Shown: positions 20,449-30,371 of the stretch, one piece after another
How positions within the stretch are numbered: the stretch's first letter is position 1
How the letters are laid out: every line of letters starts with the position of its first letter
Assembly: GCA_012960105.1 (NCBI GenBank)
Contig: DUBV01000005.1
Location: forward strand, 77,000 to 140,999
Direction of reading: 5' to 3'
Length of the DNA stretch: 64,000 nucleotides
Source of the DNA: Thiotrichaceae bacterium
Lineage (GTDB): Bacteria; Pseudomonadota; Gammaproteobacteria; Eutrophobiales; Eutrophobiaceae
Made by a program: the position numbers and the translations under genes
The notes under the pieces: model-generated
The model's input: only the letters and a program-made list of their open reading frames with translations
What the model was told of the DNA's origin: nothing
Database searches by the model: none

Positions 20449-21687
20449 ATGGCTTTTTATCACCGAGATTCTTGCAGGTTGTGCAGTAGTGCAAATTTAG
20501 TCAAAGTTCTTTCGTTAGCATCAACGCCACCTGCGAATGCATTTGTTTCAAAAAATGAGTTAGATGAAAAACAAGATTGTTTTCCTCTTGAACTTTGGTT
20601 TTGTCGAGGCTGTTCGCACCTGCAATTATTAGACATTGTTGCTCCTGATATTTTATTCAGTGACTACGTTTATGTATCAGGAACATCGTCAGTCTTTGTT
20701 AAGCATTTTGAAAATTATGCTTCTACTATAATAAATTATGCCGAGTTGGATAAAGATAGTCTGGTTGTTGATATAGGTTCCAATGATGGTACGCTTTTGA
20801 GATGTTTTAAAGATGCTGGGTTTCGTGTCTTGGGTATTGACCCCGCAGCTAAAATTGCTGAGCAGGCTACAAAGTCGGGGATAGAAACGATACATGCCTT
20901 TTTTAATAAAGAAATTTCTGAAGAAATAAAAATGTCTTTCGGGCAGGCGGATGTTATCACCGCTAACAATGTATTTGCTCATATCGATAACCTCGAAGAA
21001 GTTATTTCTGGCGTCTACTCATTATTAAAAAATGATGCAATATTTGTCTTCGAAGTCTCATATTTACTGGATATGTATGAAAAAACTTTATTTGATATGA
21101 TTTATCATGAACATCTTGATTACCACTCGGTACAACCGCTGATGCAATTTTTTAAACGATATAACATGGAAATCATTAAAGCTGAGCGTGTAAATACTCA
21201 TGGTGGAAGTTTGCGTTGCTATGTCCAGAAAACTACAGCTAAGAAAAATGTTGATTCCAGTGTCAGTGAATTTATAAGCATGGAAAGAAAGCATAAGTTG
21301 GACGATGAAAATACTTTTATTTCATTTGCAAGAGAAATAAAAGAAAAAGGACAGGCTCTCAGATCTTTGCTTTCTGATTTAAAATCATCGGGTAAACGGA
21401 TTGCGGGGTTTGGCGCTCCTGCTAAGGCAACTACATTAATGTATCATTTTGGTATAGATGAAAATGATATTTCATTTATTATTGATGATAGTCCTATAAA
21501 GCAAGGACTATATAGCCCCGGACTTCATATTCCGGTACTGCCAGCATCGGCTATTGAAGAATTCAAACCGGATTATTTACTTATTCTTGCCTGGAATTTT
21601 GCAGACTCAATTGTAAGCAAGAATAAACAATTTTTGAACGATGGTGGTCAATTCATCATCCCGCTCCCTGAACTAAAAATTATATGA
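20449..21687 (+). CDS. NDP-sugar C-methyltransferase (TylC3/EryBIII/NovU-like)
   Basis: Zn site CRLC...CRGC, VVDIGSNDG, ANNVFAH, FDMIYHEH, HGGSLR, GFGAPAK, LAWNF. Confidence 0.86.
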   Translation: MAFYHRDSCRLCSSANLVKVLSLASTPPANAFVSKNELDEKQDCFPLELWFCRGCSHLQLLDIVAPDILFSDYVYVSGTSSVFVKHFENYASTIINYAELDKDSLVVDIGSNDGTLLRCFKDAGFRVLGIDPAAKIAEQATKSGIETIHAFFNKEISEEIKMSFGQADVITANNVFAHIDNLEEVISGVYSLLKNDAIFVFEVSYLLDMYEKTLFDMIYHEHLDYHSVQPLMQFFKRYNMEIIKAERVNTHGGSLRCYVQKTTAKKNVDSSVSEFISMERKHKLDDENTFISFAREIKEKGQALRSLLSDLKSSGKRIAGFGAPAKATTLMYHFGIDENDISFIIDDSPIKQGLYSPGLHIPVLPASAIEEFKPDYLLILAWNFADSIVSKNKQFLNDGGQFIIPLPELKII

Positions 21688-22745
21688 ATACATTTTTACT
21701 AATGACAGATGTTGATGAAATTATTGAACAATTAGATGAAATAACTGCTGATTATGATGGTAAAACAATATTGTTAGCAGGAGGACTTGGATTTCTTGGT
21801 CGCTATTTTATGTCTGTTTTCGCAAGATTAAATGAAACAAAGTTTAGTGAGCCATGTAAATTAATTATTCTTGATAATTTAATTACATCAGGAAAAGCAA
21901 GTAACTACATTGATCAATATCCAGAGTTTAAGTTCTTAGAACAAGATATAACAACCCCGTTAAATATTGATGAGCATATAGACTTTGTTATTCATTGTGC
22001 TGGAATAGCAAGTCCCTTTTACTATCGTGCACATCCTTTAGAAACAGCTGATGTGGCTATTGCTGGCAATAGAAACCTGTTGGAAGTTGCTAAGAGTAAT
22101 CAGGCACGCTACACATTTTTCAGTTCTAGTGAAATTTATGGTGACCCCGATCCTAAGCATATTCCAACACCTGAAAGTTATAGAGGCAATGTTTCTTCTC
22201 AAGGTCCGCGAGCTTGCTATGATGAAAGTAAGCGGATGGGGGAGACACTATGTTATATATATAACCACCTGCATGGAACTGCGACGACTATTATTCGGCC
22301 ATTTAATGTTTATGGGCCGGGGATGCAAGAGGCTGATTATCGAGTATTACCTAACTTTGCAAGTCTCATAAAAGCCGGGAAGCCTCTTAAGGTTTATGGA
22401 GGAGGGAATCAGACCCGGACTTTCTGTTATGTGACTGATGCGATCAATGGTTTTCTAAGGGCTATTGCCAAAGGAGTTCCTGGTGAAACCTATAATATCG
22501 GTAATCCTAAACCGGAAATTTCTATGGTTGAACTCGTGCAACACTGTAGCGATGCAATTGGAAAGAAAATTGATCATAATATTATAGAGTATCCTGATTC
22601 TTATCCTGCCGATGAACCTAATAGACGTTGTCCTGATATCCGTAAAGCTAAATTACAGCTTGAATATGTTCCTAATGTTGATCTTAAGACTGGATTGCAG
22701 CGCTTTTTGTCATGGACAGATGATAATTTTGTTGGGGAACAATGA
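21684..22745 (+). CDS. NAD-dependent epimerase/dehydratase, UDP-glucuronate decarboxylase (UXS)-like
   Basis: GGLGFLG, AGIASP, SSSEIYGDP, GPRACYDESKR, FNVYGPGM, QTRTFCYVTD, RRCPDI. Confidence 0.82.
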   Translation: MNTFLLMTDVDEIIEQLDEITADYDGKTILLAGGLGFLGRYFMSVFARLNETKFSEPCKLIILDNLITSGKASNYIDQYPEFKFLEQDITTPLNIDEHIDFVIHCAGIASPFYYRAHPLETADVAIAGNRNLLEVAKSNQARYTFFSSSEIYGDPDPKHIPTPESYRGNVSSQGPRACYDESKRMGETLCYIYNHLHGTATTIIRPFNVYGPGMQEADYRVLPNFASLIKAGKPLKVYGGGNQTRTFCYVTDAINGFLRAIAKGVPGETYNIGNPKPEISMVELVQHCSDAIGKKIDHNIIEYPDSYPADEPNRRCPDIRKAKLQLEYVPNVDLKTGLQRFLSWTDDNFVGEQ

Positions 22746-23656
22746 GTGAAGACTTAAAAATCGGTCTTATTGGAGCAGGGAAATGGGGAAAGAATATAAT
22801 TCTTACGCTGGATACTATACCTGGGGTTCAACTCACACATATAGCTACTCGTATACAGAAATCAGTAGAAAATATACCGTCATCCTGTGTTGTTAGTACG
22901 AACTGGAGAGATGTAGTTACGAATTATGATTTAGACGGTATCATTATTGCCTCCCCTGCTGGTTTGCATGCTGAAATGTCTGCATATGCTTTGAAACAAA
23001 ATAAAGCCGTTTTTGTAGAAAAACCTATGACATTGACAGTAGTTGAGGCGCAACAACTTTACGATCTTGTTGAAGAATATTCCGGTATTTTACATGTTGA
23101 CTATACAGACATAGCCAATCCTGCATGGCAAAGTTTAAAGGACAATCTATCTTTAGTCGGAGATATTAATAGCATAGAGGCTAAATTCGGTGGTATGGGG
23201 CCAGTACGAGCAGATGTGACGCCGCTATGGGACTGGGGGACACATCCAATAGCTTTAATTATTAGTTTGCTAGAAGAGCCAATTCACGTCAGTGCTAACT
23301 ATCGGTATAAAAATCATACTGAAATTGGTTATATTGAAGATATCAATATAGTACTTGATTACAAAATGATTAATGCAAAGGTTTCGGTAAGTAACAATTA
23401 TTCAGAGTCAATACGAAAATTATCTATTGAAGGAAATAAAGGAAGCCTGATCTATGATGATAAAGCTATTAATAAATTATTGTTCATAACAAAAAATATA
23501 ACAAAAAAAATAGAGTACTCAAAAATTTCTCCATTAAGATCTGCTTTAGATCGTTTTAAAGAATCTATTGTTAAAGGTTCGCCATATTATAAAGATGTGT
23601 CATTAGGATTGCGAGTGACAAAAGTGTTATCAAAACTAGATGCAGTTTTAAATTGA
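22742..23656 (+). CDS. Gfo/Idh/MocA family oxidoreductase
   Basis: IGLIGAGKWG, ASPAGLH, VFVEKPM, WDWGTH; ATGA overlap with the upstream gene. Confidence 0.85.
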   Translation: MSEDLKIGLIGAGKWGKNIILTLDTIPGVQLTHIATRIQKSVENIPSSCVVSTNWRDVVTNYDLDGIIIASPAGLHAEMSAYALKQNKAVFVEKPMTLTVVEAQQLYDLVEEYSGILHVDYTDIANPAWQSLKDNLSLVGDINSIEAKFGGMGPVRADVTPLWDWGTHPIALIISLLEEPIHVSANYRYKNHTEIGYIEDINIVLDYKMINAKVSVSNNYSESIRKLSIEGNKGSLIYDDKAINKLLFITKNITKKIEYSKISPLRSALDRFKESIVKGSPYYKDVSLGLRVTKVLSKLDAVLN

Positions 23657-23733
23657 GCAAGTCGTTAGCTTCGATGTGGACTGCATAAACATTCAATTTA
23701 TTTATGAAAAAATATTAAATTATTTTATAAGTT

Positions 23734-25290
23734 ATGAATAATCGATATATTTTTGAATCTACTTCAAACATTGTAATAGCAGCTATCATAATAGCTGTTT
23801 CTATTTTCTATTTTTACTTTACTTCAGGTGATAGTGTTGTTGGTATGTTGGGAGATGATGCGGCATATTTGCTGCAGGCTGAGCTGTACTCGCCCTGGGT
23901 TAATGATAGTTCCCCCGCAATTGATTACATACAAAAAAGGAGTTTTTATCCGCCAATATATCCTATCGTATTAGGAATGTTTGGCGCGGATACTCATAAC
24001 TTAATTCTTGCCTCTAACTTAACCGTATCTTTTTTATTATTATCATTTTTAATCATTGGATATTTTGTATATGTTCTAACGGAATCAAAATTTACAGCTA
24101 TATTAATCGCTTTAATGGTAGCTTTTCTTCCAAAATCATTATTGTTTTCGCAAGATTTGTATAGCGAATTTCTTTTTATGTGTTTTATTTACGCGGCCTT
24201 TATATTAGTGAATGATAATGAGATTAGTTCAGAGCAGTGGTTGTTAGGGGCATTAGTTATTTCGTTAGCTTCATTAACAAGATCAATAGGAATCGGTTTG
24301 TCTTGTGCTTTTATAATATTATTAATTATTAAGCGTCCAAGGTATTATTTTTATTATATTTCTCTTTCCTGCATGCCATTTTTAATGTGGATGTTTAATC
24401 GCTATGTGTTGATTGGTGATGTGAGCTATATTACTCAGATGGTGGCTAATTCAAATGCAATAAGTGCTTATGATGTCTTTAGTTTATTGCAAAATAAAAT
24501 TATTATTTTAATTCAAAGTTGGTCGAGACTTTTTACGTCCAAAGTGGACAATACTATTTTTGTTACTTCATTTTTAGTGATGTTTTTTATTCTTTCGTTA
24601 ATTGGATTCTATTCACGATTGATTAAATATAAACTCGATGCGATATTCATTCCTGTTTATTTGTTACTAGTAATAATATGGCCGTTTAACGAGTTTTATT
24701 TATTAGAGCGGTTTATTTATCCCGTCTTTCCCGTACTGTTAATCTATATAATAATAGCCATTCAAAAATTATTTTCTCAAAAAAAATATCAATACATTTC
24801 ATTTGGCGTAATATTATTATTTAATATAAGTATCGTTTTGCCTACGAGTATCAGCTATATAAAGAGAGGTTTCATAGATATTGAACCAAATTTAAAGCCT
24901 TACACAAGAACAGGACACTGGTTGGCGACAAAAGATTACGAAGATGCTTTTCAATATGCATCTATTTTAAAAGTAGTAATCGAATCATTACCGTACGTAT
25001 CAAATTATGTGCCTGAAAGCGCATGTATTTATTCGGCTCGGACACCTTTAGTATTATTATTTACACATCGTAAAAGTTTGTACTTTCCGGATGTAAAAAA
25101 TTCGGCAGATGATTTCCATGAATATACTAGTACATGTGATTATTTTCTTGCTATGCCAATGACATCTTCGAATAAGCAATCTATATATTACCCAATAGAA
25201 ATAGTTAAGTCTGATGCTAGATATGAGGTGTTTCCAATTGCAGATGAAAAACAGGGTAAAAATAAAATATTTCTAATTAAAAGAATTTGA
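23734..25290 (+). CDS. Polytopic membrane protein, putative GT-C-fold glycosyltransferase (paralogue B)
   Basis: GDDAAYLLQA, YPPIYP, YSEFLF, TRSIG, RFIYPVFP; shares motifs with 4012 and 27120. Confidence 0.72.
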   Translation: MNNRYIFESTSNIVIAAIIIAVSIFYFYFTSGDSVVGMLGDDAAYLLQAELYSPWVNDSSPAIDYIQKRSFYPPIYPIVLGMFGADTHNLILASNLTVSFLLLSFLIIGYFVYVLTESKFTAILIALMVAFLPKSLLFSQDLYSEFLFMCFIYAAFILVNDNEISSEQWLLGALVISLASLTRSIGIGLSCAFIILLIIKRPRYYFYYISLSCMPFLMWMFNRYVLIGDVSYITQMVANSNAISAYDVFSLLQNKIIILIQSWSRLFTSKVDNTIFVTSFLVMFFILSLIGFYSRLIKYKLDAIFIPVYLLLVIIWPFNEFYLLERFIYPVFPVLLIYIIIAIQKLFSQKKYQYISFGVILLFNISIVLPTSISYIKRGFIDIEPNLKPYTRTGHWLATKDYEDAFQYASILKVVIESLPYVSNYVPESACIYSARTPLVLLFTHRKSLYFPDVKNSADDFHEYTSTCDYFLAMPMTSSNKQSIYYPIEIVKSDARYEVFPIADEKQGKNKIFLIKRI

Positions 25291-25364
25291 TTTTTTTTAC
25301 AGGGTTAATATTATTTTGAGGAGTTTGCCTATTAATTAGTGCGTGTAGATGTAAGAGTTAAGTA

Positions 25365-26060
25365 TTAATGGAAGAATAATCGAGCTCTGATAATCATCAG
25401 TAAAACTGCAATAGAGTGATAAGCTTTGATTTTTTTCCCATCTTCGTATGTGCGCCCATGATAACTAATAGGGACTTCATAAAATACTTTTCCTTTTCGA
25501 ACTGCTTTAGATAAAATTTCTGCTTGTTGTTCCCAACCTTCAGTTTTTAGTTGTTCCGCATCAATCAATGAACGACGAATAACAAGATAACAACTATATA
25601 TATCAGTAAAAGTTGTATTGTTAAGAATATTAAATAAAAATGTTATCAGTCTATTTCCTATTTTATGCCAGTAATAATGAACGCGTGTGCATTGAGGAGC
25701 AATAAACCTGCTTCCATATACGATATCAGCAGAAAATTTTAAAATGGGGTAAAATAATAAACTATAGTCATCAGGGTCATATTCTAAATCTGCATCTTGA
25801 AATAATATATATTCGCCCTTAGATGCTTTTAATCCTTCTTTAATCGCTGCGCCTTTTCCTTTGTTATGAGAGAGTTGAATAATTTTTGAATATAGCTCTG
25901 GGTGTTGTTGCAATACGAGTAGAGTTTCATCTATTGAACCATCATCAATGATTATTATTTCAAAAGTGATGTCATCAATATGTTGTGCATTTACTTTATT
26001 AAGTAATTTTATAATGGAAGCGCTTTCATTATAAACAGGAATTAAAATAGAAATTAACAT
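25365..26060 (-). CDS. GT2 glycosyltransferase, DPM1-like polyprenyl-phosphate sugar synthase
   Basis: SILIPVYNE, DDGSIDET, NKGKGAAI, QDADLEYDP, VYGSRF, YHGRTYEDGKKI. Confidence 0.88.
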   Translation of the reverse strand: MLISILIPVYNESASIIKLLNKVNAQHIDDITFEIIIIDDGSIDETLLVLQQHPELYSKIIQLSHNKGKGAAIKEGLKASKGEYILFQDADLEYDPDDYSLLFYPILKFSADIVYGSRFIAPQCTRVHYYWHKIGNRLITFLFNILNNTTFTDIYSCYLVIRRSLIDAEQLKTEGWEQQAEILSKAVRKGKVFYEVPISYHGRTYEDGKKIKAYHSIAVLLMIIRARLFFH

Positions 26061-26186
26061 GGCATATTTATGGGAATTTATAGTCCACTTAAAATAGTAG
26101 AGTAGAAACCAATTGTCAAAATAATAAATATATTGTAACTAAAAATAAAGTAAGATGTATGAATTTTATCATCAGGCATTACAGAT

Positions 26187-26909
26187 ATGAAAAATATAAT
26201 TGTTGAATCTATTGAGAAGCCTCAATATTTTGGCCGAGACTTGGAAGCGATGTCTTTTGCTACTAACTACCATAACTGGATTGCAGATGAATTTAAGCCA
26301 TACTTAGGAAATAATGTTGCTGAAATTGGAGCGGGAACAGGAAATTTTTCAAAATTACTAATTGAAAGCACAAAAAAAATAGTTGCATTTGAGCCTTCAG
26401 AAAATATGTTTCCTCAGCTCCAAGAGCAACTGAGGGAATACAAGAGTATTACAAAAATTAATAATTATTTTGTTGATGAATATTTAAAGTATAAAGAACA
26501 CTTTGACTCAGTTGTATATGTCAACGTGTTAGAGCACATAGAAGGTGATGAGAAAGAACTTAGTTGTGCCTATAGTGGGTTAAAAAAAGGGGGGCACATA
26601 TTAATTTTCGCTCCTGCACTCTCTTATTTATATAGTGATTTTGATCGAAAAGTTGGGCACTATCGACGTTATCACAAAAAAGATCTGATAATGATCGTTA
26701 AACGAGCAGGATTCAAAATAGTAGATGTGAGGTATTTAGATTTTATTGGTATTTTACCGTGGTATGTAGCTCTTGTTCTACTAGCGAAGACCCTATCCGC
26801 GGAGAAAGTTTCGCTATATGATACTTTAGTTATTCCAATTGTACGGAAAATAGAGAGCATAATTACTTTTCCAATAGGAAAAAATATCCTGTTGATAGCA
26901 CAAAAATAA
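26187..26909 (+). CDS. Class I SAM-dependent methyltransferase
   Basis: EIGAGTG, FDSVVYVNVLEHI, LKKGG, DRKVGHYRRY. Confidence 0.85.
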   Translation: MKNIIVESIEKPQYFGRDLEAMSFATNYHNWIADEFKPYLGNNVAEIGAGTGNFSKLLIESTKKIVAFEPSENMFPQLQEQLREYKSITKINNYFVDEYLKYKEHFDSVVYVNVLEHIEGDEKELSCAYSGLKKGGHILIFAPALSYLYSDFDRKVGHYRRYHKKDLIMIVKRAGFKIVDVRYLDFIGILPWYVALVLLAKTLSAEKVSLYDTLVIPIVRKIESIITFPIGKNILLIAQK

Positions 26910-27119
26910 TTACAGAAGATTAGGGGTGTTGATTTATTTGCTGTTTATGTACTTATTTTATATAAATTCTCAAATACCCTAATATTTTAGTCCTCATTAT
27001 TGCATTCTTTACTAAGGCTGTTTTTTTGATTATGAAAAAATTATGTTTAAGTCTGATCAGGCCATGTCTCATTTTATTAAGATAGTCATGTTGGAATTTT
27101 CATAAACGGTCTTAAGAAA

Positions 27120-28676
27120 ATGATTTCTAGAAATATATTTCTCCAGAAAATCTTCATGCCAATTGGAGCATGCTCAGTAGTCATTATTTCTATTATTGCC
27201 ACTTTATATTTTATATGGACGTGGAGTCCTATTCTCGCTCAGTTTGGTGGAGATAATGCAACATACCTGCTGACAGCTAAATTGTTTTCACCTTATTCTC
27301 AATCAACTTACGCTGTAGAATATTTTTCTATTCATAGTCGATACCCCCCGCTTTATCCATTGTTATTGGGTTTGCTAGGAGGAGGTGAAAGTGTATTAAT
27401 TGCACACTTATTAACGACATCATTTCTAATAGCGGCCATTTTAGTTTTGTATAAATGGGCTTCCATCATGGGGCTCGGAAGATTACATTCTTTAGTGTTG
27501 ATTGTTATTTTTTCTATGATGCAAAATACGTATATGCAGGCTTTATCAATACTTAGTGAAAATCTCTATTTGTTGCTAAGTTTGTCAGTGCTGTACATAA
27601 TTTCGTTGAAAGATAATAGTGAAAAATGGGCTTGGGTTGCAGTGCTTCTCATTGTATGTGCTACTTTGACTCGAAGTGCAGGACTTCCTTTGGTTTTGTC
27701 TTTTATCATCTATCTATTTATAAATAGAAATAATAATAAATATCTATTTTCATTCTCTGCAATATTGCCAATGATCGCATGGGGGCTATTTAATAATCAG
27801 GATAGCATTTCATATGCCGGTCAATTTTCTGATCGTTATTCTACTGACCTTGTTTCTATATTATTACAAATACTAGATCAATCAGTTTATATGTTAAGTA
27901 TATGGCACCGGTCATTTACTAATGGAAACACTGGATATTTATTATTATCTATTATTGCTATTTTTTGTTTTTTTGGAATGATGTACAGTTTATATTTAAA
28001 GAGAATAGAAGGAATATATGTTTTTTTGTATATGTTAATGGTTCTTGCTTGGCCATACCCTGCTGAATCTATGAGGTTATTGTACCCTGTCATTCCTGTT
28101 CTTCTGGTTCAAACGAGCTTCATGATAAAAAATTTAATGCCTAGTTTGAATTCTGTATATGGCTTCCATAAAGGAAATTTTGTTATACAAGGAATATTAC
28201 TAATTATTTTAGTGCCAAATCTTGTGTTAACAATCAACAGGTTTAATGCGCCGGTTGATGAGTATTTAATGCCCTATAAACGGACGTATGATTGGTATAA
28301 TCCAAATCCTGTTGCAGCTGTAAATGGAGTGAGATTTACTCATGGAGTAATTTCAAGCCTTAAAGATGCGAGGAACTATATACCTGAGGATCAATGTGTT
28401 TATAGTATAAAGCCTTCTATCATTGGCTTATATATGGAGCGAATAAGTCATAAACCTCCTGTTGCAAGTATCGATGATATAAGTTTTTATAAACTTATAG
28501 AGCAATCTGAATGCAGACATTTTTATTTGCTGCCATTTGCAAGCCCTACTTATAATCAGCCATTCTATCCTTACGAAAGGATGAAGGATTATATTGACAT
28601 TATTAAAGTATATTATTTAGATGGCAACAATAAGGGAAATATTGTTGCTATATTGGCTAAGTTGAATAATATTTAA
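27120..28676 (+). CDS. Polytopic membrane protein, putative GT-C-fold glycosyltransferase (paralogue C)
   Basis: GGDNATYLLTA, YPPLYP, LSENLY, TRSAG, RLLYPVIP; shares motifs with 4012 and 23734. Confidence 0.72.
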   Translation: MISRNIFLQKIFMPIGACSVVIISIIATLYFIWTWSPILAQFGGDNATYLLTAKLFSPYSQSTYAVEYFSIHSRYPPLYPLLLGLLGGGESVLIAHLLTTSFLIAAILVLYKWASIMGLGRLHSLVLIVIFSMMQNTYMQALSILSENLYLLLSLSVLYIISLKDNSEKWAWVAVLLIVCATLTRSAGLPLVLSFIIYLFINRNNNKYLFSFSAILPMIAWGLFNNQDSISYAGQFSDRYSTDLVSILLQILDQSVYMLSIWHRSFTNGNTGYLLLSIIAIFCFFGMMYSLYLKRIEGIYVFLYMLMVLAWPYPAESMRLLYPVIPVLLVQTSFMIKNLMPSLNSVYGFHKGNFVIQGILLIILVPNLVLTINRFNAPVDEYLMPYKRTYDWYNPNPVAAVNGVRFTHGVISSLKDARNYIPEDQCVYSIKPSIIGLYMERISHKPPVASIDDISFYKLIEQSECRHFYLLPFASPTYNQPFYPYERMKDYIDIIKVYYLDGNNKGNIVAILAKLNNI

Positions 28677-28707
28677 TTACAATAGATGAGGAAAGGTAAC
28701 GGCATAA

Positions 28708-29565
28708 ATGAAAATAAGTATTATTATCCCTGCGCTTAATGAAGGTGAGAGCTTGAAACACTTATTGCCAGTATTGGTAAGCGAATATCCGAACACGGAA
28801 ATCATCATTGTTGATGATGGATCTACTGATGTAACTAAAGAGATATGTGCAGCTCAAGGTGTAATCTGTCTCAGTCACCCTTATAGGAAGGGCAATGGTG
28901 CGGCTATTAAAACAGGCGTTCGAGCTGCAACTGGTAAGATGTTTGTATTTATGGATGCAGATGGCCAGCATGATCCCAAGAATATTTCAGGGATGCTTAA
29001 AAAAATTGACGAGGGATTTGATATGGTTGTTGGTGCCAGATCAGCCTCTTCACAAGCTAGTGTAGGTCGGCTATGTGCTAATACCCTATATAATTGGTTC
29101 GCATCTTTTATGGTGGGACAAAAAATTGAAGATCTAACCTCCGGCTTTCGTGCAGTAAGAGCCGAGAAATTCAAGAAATTTCTTTATCTTTTACCAAATG
29201 GATTTTCTTATCCCACTACGTGCACGATGGCATTCTTTCGATCTGGTTATAGCGTTGGATATATACCTATTGAAGCGAATAAAAGAATAGGTAAAAGTCA
29301 TATCAAGTTGCTAAAAGATGGAATACGATTTTTATTGATATTGTTCAAAATTGGTACATTATATTCACCATTAAAAATATTTTTTCCCTTAAGTCTAATT
29401 AGCTTACTTACAGGGATGTTATATTATGTATACACTTTTATGGCGATGGGTCGATTTACTAATATGAGTGCTTTACTGTTTACAACATCAGTTACTATTT
29501 TTCTAATGGGACTAATCTCTGAACAAATTACTAGTTTGCTCTATTCAAAAGCGGGCGATAATTAA
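28708..29565 (+). CDS. GT2 glycosyltransferase with two C-terminal TM helices (polyprenyl-phosphate sugar synthase-like)
   Basis: SIIIPALNE, VDDGSTD, GNGAAIKTG, MDADGQHDP, DLTSGFRA, hydrophobic C-terminus. Confidence 0.88.
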   Translation: MKISIIIPALNEGESLKHLLPVLVSEYPNTEIIIVDDGSTDVTKEICAAQGVICLSHPYRKGNGAAIKTGVRAATGKMFVFMDADGQHDPKNISGMLKKIDEGFDMVVGARSASSQASVGRLCANTLYNWFASFMVGQKIEDLTSGFRAVRAEKFKKFLYLLPNGFSYPTTCTMAFFRSGYSVGYIPIEANKRIGKSHIKLLKDGIRFLLILFKIGTLYSPLKIFFPLSLISLLTGMLYYVYTFMAMGRFTNMSALLFTTSVTIFLMGLISEQITSLLYSKAGDN

Positions 29566-29579
29566 TTCGACGCATTATT

Positions 29580-30344
29580 TTGAAGGAGGTTGATTTGGGT
29601 AGAGGATATCAAAATGATTACTCTAGTAGTGCAAAGCATATGTATGATCTGGATATGCGAAAAAACAAAGCTCGTACTATGGTAGCAATTCTTGAAGATT
29701 ATTTGGGAGGACTTGAGAATTTAAATTGTTTAAATGTAGGCGGATCTGCAGGCATAATTGATCTTTATCTTGCCGAATATTTTAAATATGTCATTGGTGT
29801 CGATATCGATGAAAAAGCAATTAGTTATGCGAATGAGAATTTCTTAAAAGAAAACCTGGAATTTCAAATCGGTGACGCAATGGAATTGAAATTTGCAAGT
29901 GAATCCATAGATATAGTTATTTCATCTCATGTATATGAGCATGTTCCTGATTCTAGGCAAATGATGAAAGAAATATATCGGGTGTTAAAACCAAATGGCA
30001 TATGTTTCTTTGCTGCTGGCAATCGATTGATGCTGAATGAGCCACATTATAATTTACCTTTTTTATCTATTTTTCCAAAAGCATTGGCACATATCTATTT
30101 AAGAGCTTTGGGAAAAGGGAACCATTATTATGAGACGCATTTAAGTTACTGGGGCTTGAAACATCTAACTCGTGATTTTGATGTGTTTGACTATACAGAA
30201 AAGGTAATTCAACAGCCCGCCAAGTATTTTACTGAATATATGCTTAGACCCGATAGTTTTAAATCGAGAATTGCTTTATTTATGGCGAAATATTTTATAT
30301 GGATAGTCCCAAGTTATTTATGGGTGTTAAAAAAAGTAGAATGA
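29580..30344 (+). CDS. Class I SAM-dependent methyltransferase
   Basis: LNVGGSAG, GVDID, GDAMEL, HVYEHVPD, EIYRVLKPNG; TTG start. Confidence 0.85.
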   Translation: MKEVDLGRGYQNDYSSSAKHMYDLDMRKNKARTMVAILEDYLGGLENLNCLNVGGSAGIIDLYLAEYFKYVIGVDIDEKAISYANENFLKENLEFQIGDAMELKFASESIDIVISSHVYEHVPDSRQMMKEIYRVLKPNGICFFAAGNRLMLNEPHYNLPFLSIFPKALAHIYLRALGKGNHYYETHLSYWGLKHLTRDFDVFDYTEKVIQQPAKYFTEYMLRPDSFKSRIALFMAKYFIWIVPSYLWVLKKVE

Positions 30345-30371
30345 ATTTGAATTACTTTCTGCTGAGTTAAA

